DNA of 64,000 nt from Ignavibacteriota bacterium (GTDB taxonomy: Bacteria > Bacteroidota > Ignavibacteria > SZUA-365), in the NCBI GenBank assembly GCA_016218045.1, contig JACRFB010000063.1, positions 68,226 to 132,225 on the forward strand. The letters run 5' to 3'. Below are positions 9,434 to 20,051 of the stretch, one piece after another. The first letter of the stretch is position 1. Every line of letters begins with the position of its first letter. The translations under genes were made by a program, and so were the position numbers. The notes under the pieces were generated by a model, which was not told the DNA's origin, did not search any database, and saw only the letters and a list, made by a program, of their open reading frames with translations.

Positions 9434-10261
9434 ATGTCAGAAAAGGTCGATCTCCACACCCACACCCACTATTCCGACGGCGTGCTTTCGCCGCGCGAAC
9501 TTGTGATGCGCGCCGCCGAGATGGGCATCGGCCTGCTCAGCATCACCGATCACGACAGCATCGACGCGCTGGAGGAAGCCGTCGAGGCGGGCAGGGAATT
9601 CAGTGTGGACGTCATCCCCGGTGTTGAACTCAGCGCGACTCTGGGTAACAAAGACATCCATATCCTGGGCTATCTCTTCGATCCCAAAAACCCGTATTTG
9701 CGCCAGACGCTCGATCTGTTCAAACGAGAACGTTTCAGCCGCGCGGCGCGGATCGTCAAAAAACTCAACCAGCTCGATCTCCCGCTGTCCTTCGACACCG
9801 TGCTCGAACGCGCGGGTCATGGCGCCATCGGCCGGCCGCATATCGCGGAGGCGCTTGTGGAGGAAGGCCTGACCGATACGTATTCACAGGCATTCGAAAC
9901 GCTTATCGGCGACTCCGGCCCCGCCTTCGAACCGAAGTACCGCATCTCACCCGAGGACGCGGTCGACATCATCGCGAATGCCGGCGGCGTCTCGATTCTC
10001 GCGCATCCCGGCTGGTACATCACCGAAGACGAACTTGTGCAGCTCATCCGCGCGGGGCTCGACGGCATCGAGACAGTACATCCCGCCCACGACGACGTCC
10101 GCCGCCGTTTCTACAGCGGCATCGCATCCACCTATTTCCTGCTCGAAAGCGGGGGATCGGACTTCCACGGCGGACGCCGCAACGATTACCAGAACTTCGG
10201 CAGTTTCACCATATCGCAAGACTATGTTCTCGCGATGAAACGCCGTCTCTTCATCCAATAG
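9434..10261 (+). CDS. PHP-domain metal-dependent phosphoesterase (TrpH/YciV-like)
   Basis: DLHTHTHYSDG...ITDHD PHP motifs. Start taken at MSEKVDLHTHT. Confidence 0.65.
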   Translation: MSEKVDLHTHTHYSDGVLSPRELVMRAAEMGIGLLSITDHDSIDALEEAVEAGREFSVDVIPGVELSATLGNKDIHILGYLFDPKNPYLRQTLDLFKRERFSRAARIVKKLNQLDLPLSFDTVLERAGHGAIGRPHIAEALVEEGLTDTYSQAFETLIGDSGPAFEPKYRISPEDAVDIIANAGGVSILAHPGWYITEDELVQLIRAGLDGIETVHPAHDDVRRRFYSGIASTYFLLESGGSDFHGGRRNDYQNFGSFTISQDYVLAMKRRLFIQ

Positions 10262-10276
10262 TCAGGAGTACAGGAC

Positions 10277-10756
10277 ATGAACGCACCGGTGCAGGGCGAC
10301 CTCCAGGCCGGATCCTCCCGATTCGCGATTGTCGCGAGCCGTTTCAACGACGTCATCACGCGCCGCCTGATAGAAGGCGCCACGGACTGCCTCCTGCGGC
10401 ACGGCGCCGATCCGTCGGCGATCGACACATACATCTGCCCGGGGTCCTTCGAAATTCCCCTGGTTGCATCTCGCATCGCCGCCACGAAAAAGCACGACGC
10501 AATCGTCTGTCTCGGCGCAGTGATCAAAGGAGACACGCCGCATAACGAGTATATCGCCGCGGAAGTGACAAAGGGCATCGCGCAGCTCATGCTGCAGCAT
10601 CAGCTCCCCATCTCGTTCGGTATCCTGACCACAAACACGCTCGAACAGGCGCTCGAACGCGCGGGACTCAAACACGGCAACAAGGGGTGGGAAGCCGCGC
10701 TCTCCGCTCTCGAAATGGTGAATCTTCTCGGTCAGATCGAACCCTCGGCAGCATGA
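10277..10756 (+). CDS. ribH: 6,7-dimethyl-8-ribityllumazine synthase
   Basis: RFAIVASRFNDVITRRLIEGA and 159 aa are typical of RibH. AGGAG RBS upstream. Confidence 0.85.
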   Translation: MNAPVQGDLQAGSSRFAIVASRFNDVITRRLIEGATDCLLRHGADPSAIDTYICPGSFEIPLVASRIAATKKHDAIVCLGAVIKGDTPHNEYIAAEVTKGIAQLMLQHQLPISFGILTTNTLEQALERAGLKHGNKGWEAALSALEMVNLLGQIEPSAA

Positions 10757-12996
10757 GTCACGTTTTCAGGACGCTGTTCCTGTTCCTTGCGGCCGGTACA
10801 GCACTCTTCGCACAGACCGGGTCGTGGAAGACCTACACCTCCATGCGGGAGGTGCGTGACCTTGCGGTCACCGGCCGCGACATTTGGGCGGCTACAGCGG
10901 GCGGCGTGTTCCGCTACGCGACGAGTGACGGCACATTCACATCATACACCAATGTTGAGGGACTCGCGTCGATCGATATCCGCGCGGTTGAAATCGATGC
11001 AAACGGCCGGATCATCGTCGGCGCGGCCACGGGTGCATTGAATATTCTCGAGCCCGGCGGCGGGTGGATTTCCGTGCTCGACATCGCACGCGCGACAGAC
11101 AAACCACAGCGGGGAATCAATGCCATCCGGACAAAGGAAGGCCGGATTTACATTGCCACCGACTTCGGTGTATCGGTGTACAATCCCGTGACACGCGAGT
11201 TCACGGAGACCTGGCAGAAATTCGGTGCCCTCCCCGCACAATCGAGCGTGAAGGACATATATTTTACCGGACAGTCGATCTGGATCGCGACAGCGGAAGG
11301 AATTGCACACGGTGATGCCGGAAGCGCGAACCTTCAGGATCCCTCGTCATGGACCTCGTACACTGCTGCCGACGGCCTCCCTTCGAAGGTCGTTTCTACC
11401 ATTGTGTCGTATGGCGGCACCATTGTTGTCGGGACGGACAAAGGGTGCGCGCGGCTTGAGTCCGGCTCGTGGCTTCCCGTCTATCTCGACGCGGGCGCAG
11501 TTCCGGTGCGCGAGATCATCACACGCGAGGACACGCTGTTTTTTATCACCGACGAGTATATGTACCGCGTGGAGGGGTCGGCTGTTCCACAACGCATCGG
11601 CCCTTCCTCCACCGATCCCCGTTATGGAAGAAACACCGTGTACACGCGGCTCGCGCTTATGGCCGGTGAAGCCGGTCCCCTGCTAGGATCGAGCAAGGGT
11701 GTGAGCCGTTACTCCACGGCAGGGTGGAGTTTTGTACAGCCGGACGGTCCGATTGCCAACCAGATTTCATCACTGGCCGTTGACGATTCCGGCGTAGTCT
11801 GGAGCGCGTCCCCGGGGAGCGGTGTGTCGGGATATAACGGCGTACAATGGCGCCAGTATTCCCCCTCCACAAATCCTCCGTTACCCGCTGAGGATCCGCG
11901 TGTTGTAGCGGCCGGACCGGATGGCTCGTTGCTCATCGGCACGTGGGGTTCCGGCGTGGTGCGTCGAAATGCCGACGGCACGCTGCACCGTTATGATCGC
12001 AACACACATCCCGAGTTTCCCGGAATTCCAGACAGTCCGGAATTCAGTCCCATCGGCGGGCTGATGACCGATACGAAGGGCAACATCTGGATGGTCCATC
12101 ATCGCGGTGCGAACGCGCGCATACTCAGTTGCCTGACCCGCGACGGCCGCTGGTACACCTATCGGAATCCCTACTACGACGACGCGTATGTGTACGGCCT
12201 CGGCATCGATCAGTTCGGCACGAAGTGGCTGTGGGGGGGATACAATTTTCTGGGCGTGATCACGTTTAACGAAAACGGCACGCTCGAATCCACCGGTGAC
12301 GACGTGTGGAAAAAAGTGGATCCCAACGCCTATCTCGCGGACAAGGTGCTTGTCGCCACAACCGACCGCCTCGGTGACGTGTGGATAGGAACGCCCCTCG
12401 GCCCGCGCACCGTGTACAATCCGTCGACACCCGAGCGGTCCTCGCGCACATGTTACAACACGCGGTGCAACCTCGAAGGTCTTGTCGTGAACTGCCTCGC
12501 CATCGATCCGGTCAACAACAAGTGGCTCGGTACAAACGCCGGTGTGTTTGTCCTGTCGTCGGACGGGAGCACCATCATCGAGCAGTATACGGTGGACAAC
12601 AGCCCGCTCATCGACAACGCTGTCAGGAGCATCGTTGTTCATCCCGCCACCGGCGACGCGTATTTCGGAACCAACAAGGGTATCTCCCGCCTTTCGACGC
12701 CGTTTGTACAGGCGGCAGCGACAGGGAAGGAACTCCGTGTGTCACCGAATCCCTTCCGTCCCGACATCGACGGCCAGGCGCGTATCGACGGACTCGCGGA
12801 GGGCTCCACCATGAAGATTCTCGCACCGTCCGGCTCGGTGGTGCGCGAGATCACGACACCGGGCGGTCGTATCGGATTCTGGGACGGAAAAGACGAGGAT
12901 GGTGAGTACGTCGCCTCCGGCGTGTATATCATCGCGGCCTACCAGGCCGACGGCTTGGAAACGCGGCTCGGGAAAATCCTGGTCGTAAGGCAGTAG
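10753..12996 (+). CDS. Two-component-regulator-propeller (Reg_prop)-type beta-propeller protein with T9SS C-terminal sorting domain
   Basis: ATGA overlap with ribH. Signal peptide FLFLAAGTALFAQ. Repeated W-containing propeller blades. C-terminus SPNPFRPD...GVYIIAAY...GKILVVRQ resembles Por_Secre_tail. Confidence 0.5.
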   Translation: MSHVFRTLFLFLAAGTALFAQTGSWKTYTSMREVRDLAVTGRDIWAATAGGVFRYATSDGTFTSYTNVEGLASIDIRAVEIDANGRIIVGAATGALNILEPGGGWISVLDIARATDKPQRGINAIRTKEGRIYIATDFGVSVYNPVTREFTETWQKFGALPAQSSVKDIYFTGQSIWIATAEGIAHGDAGSANLQDPSSWTSYTAADGLPSKVVSTIVSYGGTIVVGTDKGCARLESGSWLPVYLDAGAVPVREIITREDTLFFITDEYMYRVEGSAVPQRIGPSSTDPRYGRNTVYTRLALMAGEAGPLLGSSKGVSRYSTAGWSFVQPDGPIANQISSLAVDDSGVVWSASPGSGVSGYNGVQWRQYSPSTNPPLPAEDPRVVAAGPDGSLLIGTWGSGVVRRNADGTLHRYDRNTHPEFPGIPDSPEFSPIGGLMTDTKGNIWMVHHRGANARILSCLTRDGRWYTYRNPYYDDAYVYGLGIDQFGTKWLWGGYNFLGVITFNENGTLESTGDDVWKKVDPNAYLADKVLVATTDRLGDVWIGTPLGPRTVYNPSTPERSSRTCYNTRCNLEGLVVNCLAIDPVNNKWLGTNAGVFVLSSDGSTIIEQYTVDNSPLIDNAVRSIVVHPATGDAYFGTNKGISRLSTPFVQAAATGKELRVSPNPFRPDIDGQARIDGLAEGSTMKILAPSGSVVREITTPGGRIGFWDGKDEDGEYVASGVYIIAAYQADGLETRLGKILVVRQ

Positions 12997-13071
12997 GACG
13001 AGGCCAAAAAAAGAATCAGGGCGGGGCATTTTCATTATTCAGAGAAAACTCCGTACATTTCCAAGCTTGAT

Positions 13072-13785
13072 ATGCTTGGAAACCCAAATATCCCCTTCAT
13101 AATTGCCATCGACGGCCCCGCCGGATCGGGAAAAACGACCACGGCGCGTTTCCTTGCTGAACAGCTCGGATTCATCTACGTCGATACCGGGGCGATGTAC
13201 CGCGCAGTGGCCTTCGGCCTGCTTCAACGCGGTATCACGCTCGACGATGTCGGCGCGGTGTGCGCCGCCGTCGACGAACTCGATATCCGACTGGAACTCG
13301 GGGGAGACACGCAGCGAACATTGCTCAATGGGGTGGATATCGAGGATTCCATTCGATCGCAGGTGATGTCGAAGGCGGCCAGCGATGTCAGTGCCATACC
13401 GTGTGTGCGCGAGGCCATGGTCGCCCTGCAGCGGCACGCCGTCACAGGCGCAACCGGGGCGGTGCTCGAAGGTCGCGACATCGGCACCGTGGTTTTCCCC
13501 GATGCACCATGCAAGATCTACCTCATGGCTGACGTGGCCACACGCGCGCTGCGACGGAAATTGCAGCTCGAATCCAAGGGCATGGTGGTCGATATCGAGG
13601 TGCTATCACGCGAAATTGAAGAACGGGACCAGAACGACGCACAGCGCGACCATTCGCCACTCCGCAAATCTCCCGACGCAATCGAAGTGGAGACAACAAA
13701 CACGAGTATCGAGGAACAGGTTTCGATGATTCGGAGTTTAGTTGAGAAGAGATTGCGCAAATGGCGAGGAGAAGAGGACGCATGA
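13072..13785 (+). CDS. cmk: Cytidylate kinase
   Basis: IIAIDGPAGSGKTTTARFLAEQLGFIYVDTGAMYR P-loop/CMP-kinase motif. Confidence 0.85.
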   Translation: MLGNPNIPFIIAIDGPAGSGKTTTARFLAEQLGFIYVDTGAMYRAVAFGLLQRGITLDDVGAVCAAVDELDIRLELGGDTQRTLLNGVDIEDSIRSQVMSKAASDVSAIPCVREAMVALQRHAVTGATGAVLEGRDIGTVVFPDAPCKIYLMADVATRALRRKLQLESKGMVVDIEVLSREIEERDQNDAQRDHSPLRKSPDAIEVETTNTSIEEQVSMIRSLVEKRLRKWRGEEDA

Positions 13786-14732
13786 ATGTAAGCATCGATC
13801 CGACTGCCGGCTTCTGCTGGGGCGTGGTCCGCACCGTACAGGTGGCGGAGGAAGAACTCGCGCGCGGCCGCGCGCTCGTGTCGCTGGGCGATATCATTCA
13901 CAATCCGAAGGAAATCGAGCGCATGGAGCAACTCGGCATGCGCACGATTCATCACGGTCAGCTCGAGGAACTGCCGAAGGAGACGCAGATACTGATCCGC
14001 GCCCACGGCGAGCCGCCCTCGACATATCGCAGAGCCCGCGAACTCGGTCTCATGCTTGTCGACGCAACCTGCCCCGTCGTGACGAAGCTGCAGGAACGCA
14101 TCCGAAAGTATTACGACGACGGGTATCAGATCGTCATCTTCGGCAAAAAGGATCACGCAGAAGTCATCGGCTTGCGCGGGGTCTGCAACGACGAGTGCAT
14201 CGTGGTCAAATCCGTGGCCGAGGCCGAGGCGGGTGTCGACATTTCGCGCAAGACGGTACTGTTCAGTCAGACCACGATGGACAAGCCCACGTTTCAGGCG
14301 ATACGCGAGGTGCTTGAAACGCGGATACGCGAACTTGTTCTCGATTCAATGGAGAGCCTGGCCGCGGACTTCCATGCGAAGGACACCATCTGTGGGCAGG
14401 TTTCGGGCCGCGAAAACAAATTGCGCGAATACGCGCGAGCGAACGATATGATGATTTTTGTCGCGGGCAAAAAGAGTTCGAACGGGCGAGTGCTCTTCGA
14501 CATCTGCGCCGCCGCGAATCCCCGCACATATTTTATCGAGGACATCGACGAGATCGAACCCTCGTGGTTCGAAGGCGCGCAGAGCGTCGGCATCAGCGGG
14601 GCGACGAGCACACCGCAATGGCTGATGGCGATGGTGCGCGATGCCGTCGAAAACCTTGCCGCCGGCTTGCCGCGGCGCACACACGAGTCTCTGATTCACG
14701 AGCTGCCACTAATCAACCCCCCTCACAATTAA
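13782..14732 (+). CDS. ispH: 4-hydroxy-3-methylbut-2-enyl diphosphate reductase
   Basis: ATGA overlap with cmk. N-terminus MNVSIDPTAGFCWGV and the conserved Cys pattern match IspH/LytB. Confidence 0.85.
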   Translation: MNVSIDPTAGFCWGVVRTVQVAEEELARGRALVSLGDIIHNPKEIERMEQLGMRTIHHGQLEELPKETQILIRAHGEPPSTYRRARELGLMLVDATCPVVTKLQERIRKYYDDGYQIVIFGKKDHAEVIGLRGVCNDECIVVKSVAEAEAGVDISRKTVLFSQTTMDKPTFQAIREVLETRIRELVLDSMESLAADFHAKDTICGQVSGRENKLREYARANDMMIFVAGKKSSNGRVLFDICAAANPRTYFIEDIDEIEPSWFEGAQSVGISGATSTPQWLMAMVRDAVENLAAGLPRRTHESLIHELPLINPPHN

Positions 14733-14822
14733 CTGTAACTCACGCTTTCCCCGGGCACCAGGACCAGAAGGCAGCTCGCGTCCCCGGAACGGGTGAAAGA
14801 CATGTTCCACCAAGGAGTTTTA

Positions 14823-16604
14823 ATGTCACCAGAAGAAAGCCACACCGAAGATCCTGCAATGGCTGTCGTCGCTCAGGAGAACACCCGCCCGATGCATACG
14901 GTCGGAATTGTGATCGAGGACGAGGAGTACAACTCCCAGGAATTCGACACGCTGAAGATCATGTACGAGAACACCCTCAGCACGCTGAAGAAGGGTACGA
15001 TCATCTCGGGCAAGATCATTCAGATGAACAAGGACTACGCGATCATCGACATCGGATTCAAGTCCGAGGGCATGGTCTCGATCGACGAATTCACCAACGC
15101 GTCCGAACTCAAGATCGGCGATGTCGTGGAGGTGTTTCTCGAGTCCGTTGAAAACAAAGAAGGCAACATCACCCTCTCGCGCAAGCGCGCGGATTTCGTC
15201 CGCATCTGGGAGCGTATCCAGCATGCGTTCGATCACGAGGACATCCTGCAGGGCCGCTGCATCCGCCGTATCAAGGGCGGCATCGTGATGGATCTTATGG
15301 GCGTCGACGCGTTCCTTCCCGGCTCGCAGATCGACATCCGTCCCGTCCGTGATTTTGATGCGTACCTGGGCCGCACGCTCGATGTGCGCGTCGTGAAGAT
15401 CAACCAGCCGGCCGAGAACATCGTGGTCAGCCGCAAGGTGATCATCGAAGAGCAGATCGCAGGCCAGCGCAAGGCGATTCTCGACAGTCTCGAGAAAGGT
15501 CAGATTCTCGAAGGCACCGTCAAGGCTATCACCGATTTCGGTGTGTTCATCGATCTCGGCGGCGTCGACGGTCTTGTGCACATCACGGATCTTTCGTGGG
15601 GCCGCGTGAATCATCCGACGGAAATCGTGAAGCTCGACCAGACGGTCAACGTCGTCGTGCTCGATTTCGACGCGGAGAAGAAGCGCATTTCGCTCGGCAT
15701 GAAGCAGTTGATGCCGCACCCGTGGGAAAACATCGACACGAAGTACCCGGTCGGCACGAAGGTGCGCGGCAAGGTCGTGTCGCTCGCGGATTACGGCGCA
15801 TTCATCGAAATCGAAAAGGGCATCGAAGGCCTTATCCATATTTCCGAAATGAGCTGGACGCAGCACATCAAACATCCGTCGCAGGTTGTGTCGATGGGTC
15901 AGATGGTGGATGCGGTCATCCTCAATCTGGATGTGCAGGACAAGAAAATATCGCTCGGCATGAAGCAGCTCGAGCCGGATCCGTGGTCGAATCTGATCGC
16001 AAAATACCCGGTCGGTTCGCATCACTCCGGCACCGTGCGCAACCTCACCAACTTCGGCGTGTTTGTGGAACTCGAGCCCGGCGTTGACGGCCTCGTGCAC
16101 ATCTCCGATCTCTCATGGACGAAGAAGATCCGCCACCCGGGCGAGATCGTGAAGAAGGGCGAACGTCTCGACGTCGTGATTCTCGGCATCGACATCGATC
16201 AGCGCCGCATTTCTCTCGGTCACAAGCAGGTGCAGGAAAATCCGTGGGAAACGTTCGAGCAGATCTACGGCGTCGGCACCGAAGTCGAAGGCAAGATCTC
16301 GCGCCTTATCGAGAAGGGCGTCATCGTCGAACTTCCCTCGGGAGTGGACGGCTTTGTACCCTCCTCGCAGCTCGCGACGAAGGTTGTCCGCGACGTGCCC
16401 GCCTCCTTCAAGGAAGGCGACGCTCTGCCGCTTCGTATCATCGAGTTCGACAAGGAGAACAAGAAGATTGTGCTCTCCGTTGTGGAATACTTCAAGGGTC
16501 GTGACCAGGAACAGATCGACGCGTATCTTGCGTCGCATGGCCTGCTCAACGCCCCGGCGTCAGAGGCGACGGATCTCCGTCCCGACGAACTTCTGTTCGA
16601 TTGA
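14823..16604 (+). CDS. rpsA: 30S ribosomal protein S1
   Basis: Six tandem S1 domains. Start chosen at MSPEES, which is preceded by an AAGGAG RBS; the ORF track starts 30 nt earlier. Confidence 0.85.
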   Translation: MSPEESHTEDPAMAVVAQENTRPMHTVGIVIEDEEYNSQEFDTLKIMYENTLSTLKKGTIISGKIIQMNKDYAIIDIGFKSEGMVSIDEFTNASELKIGDVVEVFLESVENKEGNITLSRKRADFVRIWERIQHAFDHEDILQGRCIRRIKGGIVMDLMGVDAFLPGSQIDIRPVRDFDAYLGRTLDVRVVKINQPAENIVVSRKVIIEEQIAGQRKAILDSLEKGQILEGTVKAITDFGVFIDLGGVDGLVHITDLSWGRVNHPTEIVKLDQTVNVVVLDFDAEKKRISLGMKQLMPHPWENIDTKYPVGTKVRGKVVSLADYGAFIEIEKGIEGLIHISEMSWTQHIKHPSQVVSMGQMVDAVILNLDVQDKKISLGMKQLEPDPWSNLIAKYPVGSHHSGTVRNLTNFGVFVELEPGVDGLVHISDLSWTKKIRHPGEIVKKGERLDVVILGIDIDQRRISLGHKQVQENPWETFEQIYGVGTEVEGKISRLIEKGVIVELPSGVDGFVPSSQLATKVVRDVPASFKEGDALPLRIIEFDKENKKIVLSVVEYFKGRDQEQIDAYLASHGLLNAPASEATDLRPDELLFD

Positions 16605-16620
16605 CGCTTCCTATCCGTGC

Positions 16621-16657
16621 AAAAGGAGTTGGGCGCCCCCGCGTCCAACTCCTTTTT
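16621..16657 (+). terminator. Rho-independent terminator after rpsA
   Basis: Arms GGAGTTGG / CCAACTCC around a GC loop, followed by TTTTT. Confidence 0.6.
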
Positions 16658-16777
16658 GTACACACATGTGAATCCGCGGCCGGTGCCGGCGCGCACAAAG
16701 ATCACCATACGCCCCCTTTGGCGATAACCTGAATTCCTGCTCACAACCAACACACGCTGACGCATCGTTCATACATC

Positions 16778-18097
16778 ATGCCCACCGTCGCATTCCATAC
16801 ACTCGGCTGCAAGCTGAATTTTGCGGAGACGTCGACCGTCGGCCGGCAGTTCCGCGAGAAGGGCTACAGTGTGGTGGAGTTTGAGGAGACGGCGGATGTC
16901 ATTCTCATCAACACCTGCTCCGTCACCGAGAACGCCGACCGTGAGGCGCGCAAGCTCGTGCGTCAGGCGCGGAGGCGCTCGCCCGAGGCCTTTGTGATCG
17001 TGATGGGATGTTACGCACAGCTCAGACCCGAGCAGATCGCGGCGATCGACGGGGTGGATTTGATCCTCGGTTCGCAGGAAAAATTCCGCGTCTTCGACTA
17101 CGTGGAATCGTTCGATCATCACGGCGAGGCGCGCATCTGCGTCGGTGCGCTCGATGAGGAAGCCGCATTCGGTCCCGCTTACGCGGCCGACAGCGAGGGA
17201 CGCGCTCGCGCATTTCTCAAAGTGCAGGACGGCTGCGACTACTCCTGCGCCTTTTGTACAATCCCCATGGCCCGCGGCGCAAGCCGCAGCCAGTCTGTCG
17301 CGTCCACCGTGCAGCAGGCCCGCGACATCCTTGCGCGCGGCTTCCACGAGATTGTGCTGAGCGGCGTGAATGTGGGAGACTATGGCAGCAAGATCGGCAC
17401 GTCATTCGAACAGTTGCTCGCCGCATTGCTCGTGGTGGAAGGGGAGTACCGGATCCGCATCAGTTCGATCGAACCGAATCTGCTGACCGACAGCATCATC
17501 GAATTGACCGCGGCATCGGAAAGGATGTGCAGACATTTTCACATTCCGCTTCAGTCGGGCTCCGCCTCCGTGCTGCGCCTGATGCGGCGGCGGTACACGA
17601 AGGACCTCTATGCCGAACGGATCAGCACCGTACGGGACCGCATGCCGGATTGCGCGATCGGCATCGACGTGATCGTGGGGCATCCCGGGGAAACGGAGGC
17701 CGACTTCGAGGAGACCTACCGCTTCCTGGCGGATCTGCCCTTCAGCTACCTGCATGTGTTTTCGTATTCCGCGCGGCCCGGCACACATGCGCTGCAGATC
17801 GGCTCTCCCGTGCCGTCCGAAGAGCGCGCCCGCAGAAGCGCAATGCTGCGTATTCTGTCGGAAAAAAAGCGCCAGGCCTTTTACCGCGACAACCTCGGGA
17901 GTATCCGCCCCGTGCTCTTTGAACACACAAAAGACGGAATAACATCGGGATTTACCGACAATTATGTGCGTGTGGGTGTCGCCTCGGCTCCGGATGCGGA
18001 ACACCGCCTCATCGCGGTGCGGCTCGATGCACCGCAGGGCGCATATGTCGCCGGCAGCATCGTGGATGAGAAATACACCGAACCGCGCCAGTTGTAA
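16778..18097 (+). CDS. mtaB: tRNA methylthiotransferase, MtaB-like radical-SAM MTTase
   Basis: N-terminal VAFHTLGCKLNFAETS is MtaB-type rather than MiaB- or RimO-type. Radical-SAM CDYSCAFC motif. Confidence 0.65.
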   Translation: MPTVAFHTLGCKLNFAETSTVGRQFREKGYSVVEFEETADVILINTCSVTENADREARKLVRQARRRSPEAFVIVMGCYAQLRPEQIAAIDGVDLILGSQEKFRVFDYVESFDHHGEARICVGALDEEAAFGPAYAADSEGRARAFLKVQDGCDYSCAFCTIPMARGASRSQSVASTVQQARDILARGFHEIVLSGVNVGDYGSKIGTSFEQLLAALLVVEGEYRIRISSIEPNLLTDSIIELTAASERMCRHFHIPLQSGSASVLRLMRRRYTKDLYAERISTVRDRMPDCAIGIDVIVGHPGETEADFEETYRFLADLPFSYLHVFSYSARPGTHALQIGSPVPSEERARRSAMLRILSEKKRQAFYRDNLGSIRPVLFEHTKDGITSGFTDNYVRVGVASAPDAEHRLIAVRLDAPQGAYVAGSIVDEKYTEPRQL

Positions 18098-18126
18098 GAA
18101 AAACATTGCCATTTTCTCCTTCTTTC

Positions 18127-18157
18127 CGTATTTTTCATGGCTCTTGCAAAGAAGAGC
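18127..18157 (+). terminator. Rho-independent terminator after mtaB
   Basis: ATGGCTCTT-gcaaag-AAGAGCCAT followed by TTTTCTT. Confidence 0.55.
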
Positions 18158-18181
18158 CATTTTTCTTGACACACATACGGC

Positions 18182-19513
18182 ATGTTTGAAGCTCTCTCCG
18201 AAAAACTAGATCTCGCGCTCAAGCGCATTCGAGGCGAACACCGGCTCACCGAGGCGAACGTCGAGGAGTCGCTGCGCGAAGTGCGCCGCGCTCTGCTCGA
18301 CGCCGACGTCAACTTCCAGGTGGTGAAGGACTTCATCGAGGCGGTGAAGGACAAGGCGCTCGGCCAGGACGTGTTGAAAAGCCTGACCCCTGGTCAGCAG
18401 ATCGTCAAGATCATCAACGACGAATTGATCGCGTTGATGGGGGCCGACCGCACCGAACTCGCAATGGCGAAGTCGGGTCCGACCATCATCATGATCGCCG
18501 GCCTTCAGGGTTCGGGTAAAACGACCTTTGCGGCGAAACTCGCGCGGCATCTGAAGGAGAAGGGCCGACATCCGCTGCTGGTTGCGGCCGACGTGTACCG
18601 TCCCGCTGCCATCGGCCAGTTGAAGCTGCTCGCTGAGAGCATCGACGTACCCGTGTACTCGGGCGACGAGCGCACGCCGCTGCGCATCGCCGAGGAGTCC
18701 CTCGACCACGCGCGCAAAAATCTGCGCGACACGATCATCATCGACACCGCCGGCCGGCTCAGCATCGACGAAGTGATGATGCAGGAAGTCGCCGACATCA
18801 AGCGCTCGGTGAAACCGACCGAGATCCTGTTTGTTGTCGATTCGATGACAGGACAGGACGCGGTGAACACCGCGAAGGCCTTCCACGACCGTCTTCTTTT
18901 CGACGGTGTGGTTTTGACGAAGCTCGACGGCGACACACGCGGAGGCGCCGCGCTGTCGATACGCCGCGTGGTCGACACGCCGATCAAGTTCGTGAGCATC
19001 GGCGAAAAACTCGACGCCCTCGAGCCGTTTTATCCGGACCGCATGGCCTCACGCATACTCGGCATGGGCGACATTGTCACCCTTGCGGAGAAGGCGCAGG
19101 AGCAGTTCGACGAAGACGAGGCCGCGAAACTCGAACAGAAAATGCGCAAGAACCAGTTCACGCTGGAGGATTTCTACGCGCAGCTTCAGTCCCTGAAAAA
19201 AATGGGTCCGTTGACCTCGATTCTCGAGATGATCCCAGGCATGGGGAAGGCGCTCAAAGGCGTCGATGTCGACGACCGCGCCTTTACGCGCATCGAGGCG
19301 ATCATCCTGTCGATGACCCCCGAGGAGCGCCGGAAACCCGCGATTATCAATGGCAGCCGCCGCAAGCGCATCGCCGGTGGAAGCGGCACCACCATCCAGG
19401 ATGTCAACCGACTGCTGAAACAGTTCGAGGAAATGCAGAAGCTGATGAAGCGACTGACAAAGGGCGGCGCCCGCCAGTTTGCGCGCGGTCTCATGAATCA
19501 AAAATTTTCGTAA
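18182..19513 (+). CDS. ffh: Signal recognition particle protein Ffh
   Basis: GLQGSGKTTFAAKLA G-domain and a Met-rich M-domain. Confidence 0.9.
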   Translation: MFEALSEKLDLALKRIRGEHRLTEANVEESLREVRRALLDADVNFQVVKDFIEAVKDKALGQDVLKSLTPGQQIVKIINDELIALMGADRTELAMAKSGPTIIMIAGLQGSGKTTFAAKLARHLKEKGRHPLLVAADVYRPAAIGQLKLLAESIDVPVYSGDERTPLRIAEESLDHARKNLRDTIIIDTAGRLSIDEVMMQEVADIKRSVKPTEILFVVDSMTGQDAVNTAKAFHDRLLFDGVVLTKLDGDTRGGAALSIRRVVDTPIKFVSIGEKLDALEPFYPDRMASRILGMGDIVTLAEKAQEQFDEDEAAKLEQKMRKNQFTLEDFYAQLQSLKKMGPLTSILEMIPGMGKALKGVDVDDRAFTRIEAIILSMTPEERRKPAIINGSRRKRIAGGSGTTIQDVNRLLKQFEEMQKLMKRLTKGGARQFARGLMNQKFS

Positions 19514-19554
19514 TCGGATCTAATTATCTTCATTTATTTCGGAGGTTCAACCAC

Positions 19555-19965
19555 GTGGTAAAAATTCGTTTGCAGCGCAGGGGAAGGAAAAAACTTCCCG
19601 TGTTCAAAATCGTGGCGGCCGATTCGCGGTTCCCGCGTGACGGACGTTTCATCGAGGCCCTCGGCCATTACGAGCCCTTCCGCAGCCCGGCGTTTGTGTC
19701 GGTCGACGAGGAGCGCATCCAGTACTGGCTCGGCGTCGGCGCGCAGCCGACCGACACCGTCCGCAGCATTCTCAGCAGCCAGGGCGTGATGCTTCGCATC
19801 CATCTCCAGCGCAAGGGCAAGTCGCCCGAGGAAATCGCGACGGAAATGGCGGCATGGCGCCAGGCCAAAGAGCAGCGCGAGGCGGGCAAGGCGTCGAAGA
19901 AAGAGCGCCGCGCGCAGAAGAAGGCCGCTGCCGCAGCCGCACCCGAAAGCGCTCCCGCGGCGTAA
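19555..19965 (+). CDS. rpsP: 30S ribosomal protein S16 (with basic C-terminal extension)
   Basis: GTG start 9 nt after GGAGG. VKIRLQRRGRKKLPVFKIVAADSRFPRDGRFIEALGHYEP. Confidence 0.85.
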   Translation: MVKIRLQRRGRKKLPVFKIVAADSRFPRDGRFIEALGHYEPFRSPAFVSVDEERIQYWLGVGAQPTDTVRSILSSQGVMLRIHLQRKGKSPEEIATEMAAWRQAKEQREAGKASKKERRAQKKAAAAAAPESAPAA

Positions 19966-20051
19966 ACAGCTACCAGAAACGTATCTCGCAGCAGCTCGCG
20001 ACCGACCCGCCCCGCGGTCGGCCGCGCGTCTGTGCACACGCGGCTCGCAGC

